From contig JBGARZ010000020.1 in NCBI GenBank assembly GCA_044229975.1, positions 108,036-172,035 on the forward strand: a stretch of DNA of 64,000 nucleotides. The letters run 5' to 3'. The notes beneath the pieces were generated by a model. It was not told where the DNA came from and ran no database searches. It saw only the letters and a list, made by a program, of their open reading frames with translations. The position numbers and the translations under genes were made by a program. This document shows, in pieces, positions 9,136 through 19,322 of this stretch; position 1 is the stretch's first letter; every line of letters begins with the position of its first letter. Source of the DNA: Polyangiales bacterium. Lineage in GTDB: Bacteria; Myxococcota_A; Polyangia; Polyangiales; Ga0077539.

Positions 9136-10800
9136 CTACCCGTTCATCGAGAAGCCCGCCCGTCGCGCCAGCATCAACATCCGCGCGTGCTCCGGCACCT
9201 TCCCGAAGAACTCCTCCCGCGCCGCCGACCGCAGCCGCGCCGCCCGCGCCAAAAGCCGCGCCCACGCCCACGCCAGCGCCGCGTCGGCCCGCGCGTCGTC
9301 GCCGCCCGCCCGCAGCGCCTCGGTGTACGCCACGCCCAGCAGCGCCTCGCCCTCCTCCACCGCACCCACCGCACCCAGCACCCGAACGCCCTCCTCCGCG
9401 GCCTCCAGCGCCTCCATCCGGTGACCGCCGCGCAGCATCGCCGTCGCCCGTATCGCCAGCCCCAGCACCCGCGCTCCCGGCTGTCCCTCCAGCGCCGGTA
9501 GCGCCTGCGCCACCGCGGTCAGCGAGCCCGGTCCGTCGCCCGCCGCCAGCAGCACCCGACCGAGGTACAGCCGCGCCATCGCCGCGAGCTGCGCGTCGCC
9601 CTGCGCCTCCGCCTCGTGGATCACCGCCCGCTCCGTCGCGATCGCCTCCGCGTGCCGACCGAGGAGCATCAGCGCCAGTCCGCGGTTGTGACGCGCCGCC
9701 GTCGCGATGCGCCCGAGGTCGCGCGTCGCAGCCTCATCAATCACCCCTTGCAGGGCACGCAGCGCCGACTCGCCGTCGCCCAGGGAGATGTGGGCGAAGC
9801 CGACGTTGTTCCAGTGGAGCAGGGCGAAGCGGGGCTCGCTCAGGGACTCGTACGAGCGCGCCGCGCGGCTGCTCTCCTCCAGGTAGCCCACCGGGTCGTT
9901 GCCGTAGAGCGCCCGTAGCGCACGCGCCGCGTACACCCGCGACGGGTATGTCGGCTCCGGGTGCTCACCCGACGCCAGGATCTCCTCCAGCCGCGCGATC
10001 ACCACCTCCGCCAGCGCGTGCTGACCCGTCTGCAACAGCGGAAACACCGCCAGGGCCAACGCCCCCGCCGCGATGCCCGGGTCGCGACGTTCGAGCGCGC
10101 GGCGGATGGCCGGGCCCAGCTCGCGAAACGGATCAGGCAAGAGCCGCCGCACTGCCAGCACCGCCAGCGACGAGGCCGCGCGGTACCACTCCATTCCCCC
10201 TTCGGGGGCGATGCGCCACGCTTCGCGGGCGCTGCGTTCGGCCTCCTCGATGGCGCCGCGCGCGTCGTGAACGCCCGTCTCGATCATCCGCATCGACGCC
10301 TCGGTGGTGGCGTCGACCCCGAGCGTCACCGCATGCGCCGCCCACGTGAGCGCCGCGTCGTAGCGACCCTCTCGCAGCGAGCGGCGAGCGGCATCCGCGC
10401 ACCACGGTCCGGCGGGTGCGGGTTCGTCGGTGGCCAATGGTGGTGGCGGTGTGATGGAGGCGCCGCGCTCGCGCTCCTCCTGAAACCACGCGGCGGCCTG
10501 GCCGTGCGCTCGCGCCCGCTCGGTGGGCGGCAGCACGGCCTCGATGGACGCAGCGGTGTCCGGGTCGGTGAAGGACCAGGTGTCTCGGCCCGCCGTCGAG
10601 CGCATCAGAACGCCATCGGTCGCAAGGCGTTGCAGGGCGGCGTCGACCGACGGCGCGTCGACGTCACGAACGGCGGCGCGCAGGCCCTCGGCGGGGAAGG
10701 TGGTTCCGAAGACGCTCGCGGCGCAGAGCACGCGCGCGGCGTCGGGGCCGAGGGAGTTGAGCCAGGCGGTGATGTCGCCGGGGGTGATGGAAGGGCGCAT
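9136..10800 (-). CDS. TPR-like helical repeat protein resembling the C-terminal part of STAND/Ser-Thr kinase fusion proteins
   Basis: ARVLCAASVFG..F...WSFTD..RARAH winged-helix segment, then TPR-like repeats (NNVGFAHI, HNRGLAL); start at ATG 10800. Confidence 0.6.
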   Translation of the reverse strand: MRPSITPGDITAWLNSLGPDAARVLCAASVFGTTFPAEGLRAAVRDVDAPSVDAALQRLATDGVLMRSTAGRDTWSFTDPDTAASIEAVLPPTERARAHGQAAAWFQEERERGASITPPPPLATDEPAPAGPWCADAARRSLREGRYDAALTWAAHAVTLGVDATTEASMRMIETGVHDARGAIEEAERSAREAWRIAPEGGMEWYRAASSLAVLAVRRLLPDPFRELGPAIRRALERRDPGIAAGALALAVFPLLQTGQHALAEVVIARLEEILASGEHPEPTYPSRVYAARALRALYGNDPVGYLEESSRAARSYESLSEPRFALLHWNNVGFAHISLGDGESALRALQGVIDEAATRDLGRIATAARHNRGLALMLLGRHAEAIATERAVIHEAEAQGDAQLAAMARLYLGRVLLAAGDGPGSLTAVAQALPALEGQPGARVLGLAIRATAMLRGGHRMEALEAAEEGVRVLGAVGAVEEGEALLGVAYTEALRAGGDDARADAALAWAWARLLARAARLRSAAREEFFGKVPEHARMLMLARRAGFSMNG

Positions 10801-10925
10801 GGAGGAAGAGCCGCGGCAGTCTACGCGGCTCGCGCGCCGGAGCGACGGTTCGTTGTTGGGCGCGCGTTGACGAAGGCGCCCGGCGCCTTCACACAGTGGA
10901 CCCGCACAGGAGTAGACGAACCCCC

Positions 10926-11378
10926 ATGAGCAACGACCGATCGGCTTCCGGCTACGACGTGGCGCGCCTCCCCCCGGCGACCATCGAGACACTGGCCCAG
11001 ACGCTCACGCCCGAAGAGCGCCGCATCGTGCTGGCGCAAGGCACCGAGCGGGCCTTCTGCGGCACGCTGCTCGATAACAAGAAGAACGGCACTTACGTCT
11101 GCCGCCTGTGCGCGCTGCCGCTGTTCAAGTCGACGGCGAAGTTCAACTCGGGCACCGGGTGGCCGAGCTTCTTCGAGCCGTACGACCCGAAGCACATCGA
11201 GGAGATCACCGACGAGAGCCACGGCATGGTGCGCGTCGAGATCCGCTGCCAGCGCTGCGGCGGCCACCTCGGGCACGTCTTCCCGGATGGGCCGCGGCCG
11301 ACGGGGCTGCGCTACTGCCTCAACTCGGCGTCGCTGGAGTTCGCCGAGGACGGTTATCCCCTCCCGCAGAAGGTGTGA
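10926..11378 (+). CDS. msrB: Peptide-methionine (R)-S-oxide reductase
   Basis: GTERAF, CxxC, KFNSGTGWPSF, GHLGHVF.DGP, RYCLNS. Confidence 0.97.
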   Translation: MSNDRSASGYDVARLPPATIETLAQTLTPEERRIVLAQGTERAFCGTLLDNKKNGTYVCRLCALPLFKSTAKFNSGTGWPSFFEPYDPKHIEEITDESHGMVRVEIRCQRCGGHLGHVFPDGPRPTGLRYCLNSASLEFAEDGYPLPQKV

Positions 11379-11623
11379 GCTTGCGGGTCGGAGTTCGCGG
11401 GACCCCATCGCAGGTGCGTGCAGTCGCTCACTCCGGGCTATTTCACGCGGTCACCTCGCTGCGCGAGGTTGCAGGGGCTCGCGACTGACGATGAGCGAGT
11501 CGATGGCTTGTTCGTTGAGACCAGTGCTGCAACCTCGCGCAGCGAGGTGACCGCGTGAAATAGCCCGGAGTGAGCGACTGCACGCACCTGCGATGGGGTC
11601 CCGCGAACTCCGGCCCGCAAGCT
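11378..11623. repeat. Long inverted repeat (97-bp arms, 52-bp spacer), REPIN/MITE-like
   Basis: 11378-11474 is the reverse complement of 11527-11623 with one mismatch seen; lies between convergent genes. Confidence 0.85.
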
Positions 11624-12465
11624 TACCCCGCCGTCCACGCCTCGCTCTTCTCCCACAGGGTCTTCGCCAGCGCGGCGTCGTCGCCCAGCTTCGCGGGCGT
11701 CTTCTCGCGGCACTTGTCGTAGTAGCGCCCGTCGTGGTCGGCGACCTCCGGCGACGTGGCGCACCAGAGCTGCGTCCGCGCCCCCTCCTCGTTCGTCAAC
11801 ATGAACAACTTCATCAGGTGCCGAACCCCCCACGGCACCTCGCGCCACACGTCCGTCGCGACCCCGCCCGGGTGCAGCGAGTACGAGCGCACGCCATCGC
11901 CCGCCTTCCCCCGCGCGAGCTCCTTGGTGAAGAGCACGTTGCACAGCTTGCTCACGCAGTACTCGGGGAAGCCCGTGGTCGTCGCGGTGGGCTTGCGCTG
12001 CGCGTCCCAGTCGATGCCCGGCGCGCGGTAGTGCCCCTGGCTCGACACGTTGACGATGCGCGCGGGCTTCGACTCCCGCAGCCGCGGCAACAGCAGCGTC
12101 GTGAACAGAAACGGCCCCAGGTGGTTGGTGCCAAACGTGATCTCGAAGCCCTGCTTCGTGAGCCCGTGCGCGCCCGCGAGGCCGGCGTTGTTCATGAGCA
12201 CGTGCAGGGGTTCGCTCGTCGCCAGAAACCTCTCGGCCGCCGCGCGCACCGAGTCGAGGTCGGCCAGGTCGAGGTGCAGAAACTCCGCGTCGCCGCCCGT
12301 CGCGCGGATGGCCTCGATCACCGGCCGCGTCTTCTCCTCCGAGCGACACGCGAGGTGCACCCGCGCGCCGCGGCGGGCGAGCTCTTCGGCGCTCACCCGG
12401 CCGATGCCCGTGTTGGCGCCTGTCACGATCATGGTCTTGCCCGCGAGGTCCCTCGTGCTGCTCAT
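11623..12465 (-). CDS. SDR family oxidoreductase (retinol dehydrogenase-like)
   Basis: TGANTGIG, NNAG, TNHLG, YCVSK, HPG motifs. Confidence 0.92.
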   Translation of the reverse strand: MSSTRDLAGKTMIVTGANTGIGRVSAEELARRGARVHLACRSEEKTRPVIEAIRATGGDAEFLHLDLADLDSVRAAAERFLATSEPLHVLMNNAGLAGAHGLTKQGFEITFGTNHLGPFLFTTLLLPRLRESKPARIVNVSSQGHYRAPGIDWDAQRKPTATTTGFPEYCVSKLCNVLFTKELARGKAGDGVRSYSLHPGGVATDVWREVPWGVRHLMKLFMLTNEEGARTQLWCATSPEVADHDGRYYDKCREKTPAKLGDDAALAKTLWEKSEAWTAG

Positions 12466-12558
12466 GGCAGGCGCGACGCTACCACGGCCGTAGCAGCGCA
12501 ACGCCCGATGGGCGGAGCGTCCCTTGTGCGTCGCGACGCACGCGGTATCGATTGATCC

Positions 12559-13708
12559 ATGAACCGATGGGTGTGGTTGGGGCTCCCGGCGGTCTGCGGG
12601 CTCGCGTGTACCGGTGATGGCGGCGGCAGCGGGCGTTGCCGGTTTCAGAGCATCGTCCAGTAGCGGGGGGCTGTGCACCCTTACGCTCAACTGCGGCGGC
12701 GGGTCCGTCGGCCTCTCGTGCGATGACACCGACTGCGTGTGCGTCGACGACGGCCGCGGGGGGACGCGCTTCGACATCGCCGGTGCCTGCGGCATGTCCA
12801 CCGAGACGTTGACGTCGGTCTACGAGGCCCGCTGCGCGCCGGCGGTCGTGGACGCGGGGGCAGGGGCCGACGCGGGACCGCACGATGGTGGAGCCCCGGA
12901 TGTTCCGCCCGTCGTGACGCCGTGCGTGAGCTCCGGGGCGGTCGACCTCCTCTTCGTGATCGACAACTCCAGCTCCATGGCGGCCAACCAGGCCACCCTG
13001 GCGCGCAGCATCTCGGGCCTCTTCAACGGGCTCGTGAACCCGATCTCCGCCCGTCACCAGCCTGCACGTCGGCATCATCTCGACCGACCTCGGAACACCC
13101 GGCGCCACCATTCCGTCGTGCGCCAACAGCGACGTCGGCGACGACGGGTTTCTCAACCCCATCCGCAACGGCGCCGCGATTCGCGCCCATCAGCCGTGGG
13201 CCACGGCTCCTTCGGGGACGCGCCCCTCCCGCTGCCAGTCCGACCCGACGCAGTACCCGAAGCTTCCTTCACGTCGGTCAAGCCGGGGCGGCCGGGCAAC
13301 GTGGTGTTCGCGGCGCTCGCAGGCGTGCCCATCCAGTTTCCGCAGACGGGGAGCGGCGACGTCGACTGGGAAGCGCTGCTCGGGAGCAACCCCGACGGCT
13401 CGGACGGCTACACCGGGATGTCGCCCGAAGGCCCCGTCTCCATGCGGCAGCGCAACATGGACCCGAGCTGCTCGACGCGGGTGGTTCCCGCCTGCCGCCA
13501 CGAGGGGAGCTCGTACGACCCGATGCGCCCGCCGTGCAGCACCGACCAGCAGTACTTCGCGCTGCCGTCGCGGCGCGTCGCCGAGGTCGCCCGCCGCTTC
13601 GCGGCCACCTACCAGACCGGAACGGTGAGCTCCATCTGCCGCAACGACTACGGTCAGGCCCTGGACGGGGTCGAGCGCCTCATCGGGTCGCGCCTCTGCG
13701 CGCGGTAA
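12559..13708 (+). pseudogene. Frameshifted, internally deleted VWA-like lipoprotein
   Basis: The lipoprotein signal MNRWVWLGLPAVCGLAC (12559), VDLLFVIDNSSSM and LHVGIISTDLG lie in different frames; the conserved middle is missing before VVFAALAGVP...SIC. Confidence 0.65.
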
Positions 13709-13786
13709 CTGAGCCGCGGTCGCCGTCGTCGCTCTCCCGATAGTTTCCATCCCCCTCGCTGAACCCCGTCGGTATCGTCACCGTCC

Positions 13787-15766
13787 ATGGCGCCACCGCT
13801 CGACCTCCTGGCCAAGAGCCCGATCTTCTCCGTCTTCACGGGCCCCCAGCTCGAACGCTTCGTCAACCACTTCACCCGCGTCGACGTCGCGCCCAACACC
13901 GAGATCATCCGCCAGGGCGACCCCTCCGACGCCCTCTACCTCATCGAGTCCGGCGCCGTCGGCGTGCACCTCCGCAACCCCGCGCACTCCGTCCCCACCA
14001 TGGTCACGGTGCTCGAAGCCCCTGAGGTCTTCGGCGAGGCCGGGGTGCTCACCAAGCAGCCGCGCAGCGCCACCTGCATCGCCCTCGAATCCACCGTCGT
14101 GCACCGCCTCTCGTCCGAGGTCGCGCGCTCCATCGCCGAGCAGATGACCCTCTTCTCCTTCGCGCTCGCGCGCCTCGTCGCCGACCGCATGCAGCGCAGC
14201 AGCGTCGAGCGCGACGTTGCCTGGGTCAGCCTCGCGGGCCGTCGCTTCGACGCGCGGCTGTGGTCCATCGCGCCCGACACCACGCTGCGCCGCGGCCGCA
14301 TGATCCCGCTCGACCTGTCGGGCAACACGCTCACCGTCGGCATGGTCGACCCGCACGACGCCGTCGCCCGCGACTCGCTCGTCCGCGCCGTCCCCGACCT
14401 CCGCCTCAAGGTCGTCGCCGTCAACCTCGACGACTGGCAGCGCCTCGTCGAGCCCACCGCCGCCACCTCGCGCTCGGGCCGCTCGTCGCTCCCGCCCGAA
14501 CCGCCCGCCACCATCTCGTACCTCGAAGACGACGAGACCCGCGCGTCGCGCATCCCGCCCGCCAACGCCACCAACTCCACCGGGCCGCAGATCGTCTCGC
14601 TCGTCGACGAGATCATCGCCAAGGGCCTCACCCTCAACGCCTCGGACATCCACGTCGAACACGACCGCCGCGGCCTGCTCGTGCGCTACCGCGTCGACGG
14701 CGCGCTCCAGAGCAGTGGCGGCTTTCTCCCCGGCGAGTACGGCAAGGCCGTGGTGAGCCGCATGAAGCTCCTCGCGCGCCTCGACATCACCGAGACCCGC
14801 AAGCCCCAGGACGGACGCATCTCGCTGCGCGTCGGCGCCCGCATGGTCGACCTGCGCCTCTCCACCATGCCCGCCAAGCTCGGCGAGAAGATCGTGCTCC
14901 GCATCCTCGACGCCGAGGCCAACATCACCGACCTGAAGACGTTGTTTCCCGTCGAGCGGATGCTCCAGGTCTTCACGCAGGTCATCGGTCGCCCGCAGGG
15001 TCTCGTGCTGGTGTCGGGGCCCACCGGGTCGGGCAAGACCACGACGCTGTACAGCGCGCTGCACGCCCGCCGCCGCCCCGAGCTCAACGTCGTCACGGTC
15101 GAAGACCCCATCGAGTACCACCTCGACGGCGTCACGCAGGTGCAGGTGCAGCACGACATCGGCGTCACCTTCGCCACCGTGCTCCGAACCCTGCTGCGGC
15201 AGGACCCCAACGTCATCATGGTGGGGGAGACCCGCGACACCGAGACGGCGCGCATGGCCGTCGAGGCGTCCATGACGGGTCACCTCGTGCTGACGTCGGT
15301 GCACACCAACGGCGCGCTCGAAGCCGTCGGGCGCCTCGTCGACCTCGGCATCGAGCCCTACGCCATCGCCAACGGGCTCATCGGCGTGCTGCACCAGCGG
15401 CTCGTGCGACGCATCTGCGCGGCCTGCGCGGAGCCCTTCGAGTACCCGCCGCAGACCGTCGAGGCGCTGCACCGCGTCGGCGCGCTGCTGCCCAACGAAA
15501 ACCCCGTGCTGCGCCGCGGCCGCGGCTGCACCACCTGCGCGAGCACCGGCTTCAAGGGCCGCATCGCCCTCTACGAGATGGTCGTCGTCAACGAGGCCAT
15601 GCGCGAGGCCATCACCAACACCAGCGACACCGCGACCCTGCGCGCCGCGGCGCGTGCGAGCGGCGCCATCATCGAGATGCCGCGCTACGCGGGTGTGCTC
15701 GTAGCCGCCGGGCTGACGGCACCCGGCGAGGTGCTGCACCTGCTCCAGCGAGCGACCGGAGCGTAG
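13787..15766 (+). CDS. PilB/GspE secretion ATPase with N-terminal cyclic-nucleotide-binding domain
   Basis: IIRQGD..DALYLIESG...FGE..L...PRSAT (cNMP domain); ASDIHVE, PQDGR, GPTGSGKTTTLY, VEDPIEY, LRQDPNVIMVGETRD, GHLVLTSVH, two CxxC. Confidence 0.92.
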   Translation: MAPPLDLLAKSPIFSVFTGPQLERFVNHFTRVDVAPNTEIIRQGDPSDALYLIESGAVGVHLRNPAHSVPTMVTVLEAPEVFGEAGVLTKQPRSATCIALESTVVHRLSSEVARSIAEQMTLFSFALARLVADRMQRSSVERDVAWVSLAGRRFDARLWSIAPDTTLRRGRMIPLDLSGNTLTVGMVDPHDAVARDSLVRAVPDLRLKVVAVNLDDWQRLVEPTAATSRSGRSSLPPEPPATISYLEDDETRASRIPPANATNSTGPQIVSLVDEIIAKGLTLNASDIHVEHDRRGLLVRYRVDGALQSSGGFLPGEYGKAVVSRMKLLARLDITETRKPQDGRISLRVGARMVDLRLSTMPAKLGEKIVLRILDAEANITDLKTLFPVERMLQVFTQVIGRPQGLVLVSGPTGSGKTTTLYSALHARRRPELNVVTVEDPIEYHLDGVTQVQVQHDIGVTFATVLRTLLRQDPNVIMVGETRDTETARMAVEASMTGHLVLTSVHTNGALEAVGRLVDLGIEPYAIANGLIGVLHQRLVRRICAACAEPFEYPPQTVEALHRVGALLPNENPVLRRGRGCTTCASTGFKGRIALYEMVVVNEAMREAITNTSDTATLRAAARASGAIIEMPRYAGVLVAAGLTAPGEVLHLLQRATGA

Positions 15767-15801
15767 GCAGGCTTCTCCCGCGGGCTCAACGCGTCCGACC
15801 T

Positions 15802-15875
15802 GCTGGCCCAACGGGTTTCTCCCGCTGGCCCAACGGGTTTCTCCCGCTGGCCCAACGGGTTTCTCCCGCTGGCCC
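15802..15875 (+). repeat. 22-bp tandem repeat GCTGGCCCAACGGGTTTCTCCC x3 plus partial
   Basis: Identical units at 15802, 15824 and 15846; partial at 15868; no spacers. Confidence 0.9.
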
Positions 15876-16087
15876 TCCGGGATCGATCCACGAGGTCGCT
15901 GGACTCGACGCGCTGACCTCCCGCGACCCACCTGTCGGGGCGCCGAAGAAAAATCGCGACGACGCGAAACAACCCCCTGACCCGCTCCCGACAAGAGCGC
16001 GCCAGTCACGAACGTCTCCATCACCGCCCCGACGTTTCGGAGCGGAGAGACGTCCGTCGACCCACTGGCGCCAGACGGGGTTTCGCC

Positions 16088-16606
16088 ATGAAGAAGTCCA
16101 TTGTTCCTATGTATTTCGCCGACCTCTCGGACGCGTCGTTCGAGGAGGCCACCGCGCGCATCGCCAGCGCGCTCACCCTCGCCGAGGGGTCCCTCACGGG
16201 CCTCCAGGTGCTCTTGACCAGCGAGCGCGGCAGCATCGACACCGTCGTCCGCGACGGCGAGCGCGAGGCCATCCTCGCGGTGCTCGGTGCTGCCGAGGCC
16301 GCCCCCACGGTCGTCGTCCCGCTGGGCGACCGCTTCTCCCCCGCGCGCCTCCGCACCCTCCTCGATCGCCGCGAGGCCCTGCTCGCGCTCGCCGCCCGCG
16401 CCGAGGCCGTCGCCCTGCGCTTCGCCGACTCCGCCCGCGTCACCGCGCGCACCGTGAAGTCGGCGACCTCCGACGCCTACGAGCTGCTCAAGCCCGTCAC
16501 CCAGTACGACCCCGAGGTCGCCAGCCGCCTCGCCCCCGCCATCGACTTCTACGCCAGCGTCTCGCGGCGCTCGAAGCCCGTGACGCCGGTCGATCCGGTC
16601 GGCTGA
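16088..16606 (+). CDS. Hypothetical helical protein
   Basis: ATG start, GC3-rich codons like neighbours; no recognised motif. Confidence 0.65.
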   Translation: MKKSIVPMYFADLSDASFEEATARIASALTLAEGSLTGLQVLLTSERGSIDTVVRDGEREAILAVLGAAEAAPTVVVPLGDRFSPARLRTLLDRREALLALAARAEAVALRFADSARVTARTVKSATSDAYELLKPVTQYDPEVASRLAPAIDFYASVSRRSKPVTPVDPVG

Positions 16607-16637
16607 CGCTCCGCCCCCTCCCTCCGCCTCCCTTGAC

Positions 16638-18149
16638 GTGACGGCCCGGCTGCCCAAGCCAGCGACGACGTCAGGACGCACTCCGGAGACCCCTTTGATC
16701 GGCCCGCCCCGCTCCATCCGTCGCCGACTCATCCTCGGGAGCCTGGTCATCCTCGGCCTCCCGCTGCTGATCTTCTTGAGCGCGACCAGCTCGCTGCTCT
16801 GGCGCTTCTACCTGCAACAGATGGAGACCAACCTCGCGTCGCAGGCGCAGCTCCTGGCCGACACCGTCGCCCCCTCGCTCGCCGATCCGTCGTCCGAGGC
16901 CGTGCGCCCGGAGACCGTCGCCCAGCGGTGGCGTCACCAGTCCATCTCGCGGGTCACCATCGCCGACGCGCGCGGCGTCGTGCGGGCCTCCTCCTCAAAC
17001 GAGGGCGTCGGCGCGCCCATCAACGACACGCGTCGCCCGGGGATGAAGGCCGCGCTCGCGGGGCGCAGCAACGCGACGGTCTGGCGCTCGCCCAACTTCG
17101 CCTACGAAGACACCATGTACGTCAACGTGCCGGTCTGGCACGACGGGCAGATCGCCGGGGTGGTGCGCGTCGCCCACACGCTCACGATGATCCAGCACAG
17201 CGCGGCGCGCGTGCGCTCGGCGCTGCTGGTGGCCGTGCTGCTCTACGCGCTCGTCATCGGGGTGCTCACCGTCGCCTTCTCCGCGACCATCGTGCGCCCC
17301 GTAGAACAGCTCCAGCGCGACGCCCGGCGCATCGCCGCGGGCGACCTCGCCCACCGGCTCGCGCTCGCCGGGCCCGACGAGATCTCGCAGCTCTCCGCGA
17401 TGCTCAACCACATGACCTCGCGGCTGGAGGTGCTCGAAGGGCTGCGCCGCCGCTACGTGTCCGACGTCTCGCACGAGCTCCGCACGCCCCTCACGGCGAT
17501 TCGCAGCATGGCCGAGACCATCCTCCAGTACGGCGACAGCGACCCCGAGCTGCGGCGGCGCTACCTCCCGCGCATCCTCACGCAGACCGACCGCCTCGCC
17601 CGCATGGTCACGCAGGTGCTCGACCTCGCGCAGATCGAGCGCGGCAGCTACGCCCCGGCGCTCACCCCGCTGCCGCTCGTCGAGGTGCTGGAGGAGGTGT
17701 CGCTCACCAACGCGGCGCGCGCCCGCGAGCTCGGCGTCGCGCTGGAGGTGAGCGTGTCCGACCGCGCGCTCTCCGTCCGCGGCGACCGCGACCGGTTGAT
17801 CCAGGTGTTCATGAACCTCGTCGACAACGCCCTGCGCCACACGCCGAAGGACGGCGCGGTGACGCTCGCAGCAATCGCGACGCGGGGTAGGGTGGAGGTG
17901 ACGGTGACGGACACGGGGCAGGGCGTCTCGGCCGAGCACCTGCCGCACCTCTTCGAGCGCTTCTACCGGGTGGAGACGGCGCGCTCGCCGCTCGCCGGTG
18001 GGACGGGGCTCGGCCTCGCGATCGTGCGGCAGATCGTGGAGGCGCACGGCGGGCACATCCGCGTGACGAGCACGCCGGGCAAGGGCACGCGCTTTCTCAT
18101 CGAGCTGCCGGCGGCCGACCCGCCGCGCGCGACCGGAGACGAACCATGA
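16638..18149 (+). CDS. HAMP-domain sensor histidine kinase
   Basis: Two TMs, HAMP, DVSHELRTPL (H box), NLVDNA, DTGQG, FERFYRV, GTGLGL. Confidence 0.95.
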   Translation: MTARLPKPATTSGRTPETPLIGPPRSIRRRLILGSLVILGLPLLIFLSATSSLLWRFYLQQMETNLASQAQLLADTVAPSLADPSSEAVRPETVAQRWRHQSISRVTIADARGVVRASSSNEGVGAPINDTRRPGMKAALAGRSNATVWRSPNFAYEDTMYVNVPVWHDGQIAGVVRVAHTLTMIQHSAARVRSALLVAVLLYALVIGVLTVAFSATIVRPVEQLQRDARRIAAGDLAHRLALAGPDEISQLSAMLNHMTSRLEVLEGLRRRYVSDVSHELRTPLTAIRSMAETILQYGDSDPELRRRYLPRILTQTDRLARMVTQVLDLAQIERGSYAPALTPLPLVEVLEEVSLTNAARARELGVALEVSVSDRALSVRGDRDRLIQVFMNLVDNALRHTPKDGAVTLAAIATRGRVEVTVTDTGQGVSAEHLPHLFERFYRVETARSPLAGGTGLGLAIVRQIVEAHGGHIRVTSTPGKGTRFLIELPAADPPRATGDEP

Positions 18150-18532
18150 CGCAAGAATCACCGACGATCCTCGTGGTGGAAGACCAGGAGGAGGTCAACG
18201 AGCTGCTCCAGTACAACCTCCAGCGGGCTGGCTACCGGACGCTCGCGGCCTACGACGGCCGCGTGGGCCTCGCGACGGCGCGAGGAGAGCGACCGGACGT
18301 GGTGCTGCTCGACGTGATGCTACCGGGCATCGACGGGTGGGAGATCTGTCGCGCGCTGGCGGACGACCCCGCGCTGCGGGACATCCCGGTGATCATCTTC
18401 ACCGCCAAGGGGTCGCGCGAGGACTTCGACCACGGCCACCGCTTCGCCAACGTGGTCGGCTACTTCGTGAAGCCGTACGCCACGTCGGACGTCATCGAGC
18501 ACCTGCGCCGCGTGCTCGCGACGCACTCATAG
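18146..18532 (+). CDS. Single-domain response regulator
   Basis: ILVVED, VLLDVMLP, FTAK, VKP; ATGA overlap with the kinase. Confidence 0.92.
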   Translation: MTQESPTILVVEDQEEVNELLQYNLQRAGYRTLAAYDGRVGLATARGERPDVVLLDVMLPGIDGWEICRALADDPALRDIPVIIFTAKGSREDFDHGHRFANVVGYFVKPYATSDVIEHLRRVLATHS

Positions 18533-18583
18533 CCCCGTCCCTTTCAAGGTCGTCGCATCCGCTCGCGACCAACCCCGGTCTGC

Positions 18584-19318
18584 CTACCCGCGCGGCTGCT
18601 TGTCGAGCTCCCGACCGACGACCACGAAGGCGGCGGCGAAGCAGAACGCCACCCACAGACTGGCCACCGTCGGCCAGTACGCGCCGAGGTCGGGGATGCG
18701 CAGCGCCATCAGCACGATGGGGAAGTTGCACGCCCAGTGGGCCGCCATCGCCGCGAGCACGCCGACCGCGAAGCCGTTGTCCCAACGCCGCAGCGCGAAG
18801 GACGTGAACGCGCCGTGGAGGAAGCCCACCAGCACCCGCTCGCCGATGAAGCCGCCGAACATCCAGAACGGGAGCGAGCGGTACGGCGGGTGTTGATGGA
18901 TGAGCGCGGCGAGGCCCCACACCTCGCTGAGCCCGAAGCCGAGCCCGAGCGCCAGTCCCACACGCACCAGATTGGTGTCCTTCAAGCGCGCGCGAAACAT
19001 CGGGAGCAGCAGCGGCCAGAGCTTGGCGGGCTCCTCCACGAGCGGCGCTTCGAGGGACTTGGGGAGCAGGTACGCCGCCGTCGCGCGGAGCTGCGCGAGC
19101 GGAAGGTCGGGGTGGAAGAGGCGCGCGAGGCGGACGATGAGCGCGTCGGTGAAGGGCAGCCGCACGCCCCACAGCGCCACGGCGAACATCGGCAGCGTGA
19201 GGGCGCCCGCGACGAGCAGGAAGCGGCGCTGCGCGGGCGGGGTCGCGTTGCGGATGAGCCCGCCCCAGAGCAGGAGCACGAGCGCGCTGGTGATGGCGGC
19301 GGCGATGTAGATGCCCAT
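18584..19318 (-). CDS. PrsW/YhfC-like glutamic intramembrane protease
   Basis: APLVEEPAK, GLGFGLSE, FLHGAFT, AAHWACN motifs in a multi-TM protein. Confidence 0.75.
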   Translation of the reverse strand: MGIYIAAAITSALVLLLWGGLIRNATPPAQRRFLLVAGALTLPMFAVALWGVRLPFTDALIVRLARLFHPDLPLAQLRATAAYLLPKSLEAPLVEEPAKLWPLLLPMFRARLKDTNLVRVGLALGLGFGLSEVWGLAALIHQHPPYRSLPFWMFGGFIGERVLVGFLHGAFTSFALRRWDNGFAVGVLAAMAAHWACNFPIVLMALRIPDLGAYWPTVASLWVAFCFAAAFVVVGRELDKQPRG

Positions 19319-19322
19319 CGGG

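Noticed and set aside
15802..15875. CRISPR array
   Set aside because: Repeats are contiguous with no spacers, and no cas genes are present.
13778..16750. 990-aa minus-strand ORF (also 49155-52028, 23038-25356, 32942-34861 and similar)
   Set aside because: Antisense shadows of well-supported genes, expected in high-GC DNA; no motifs.
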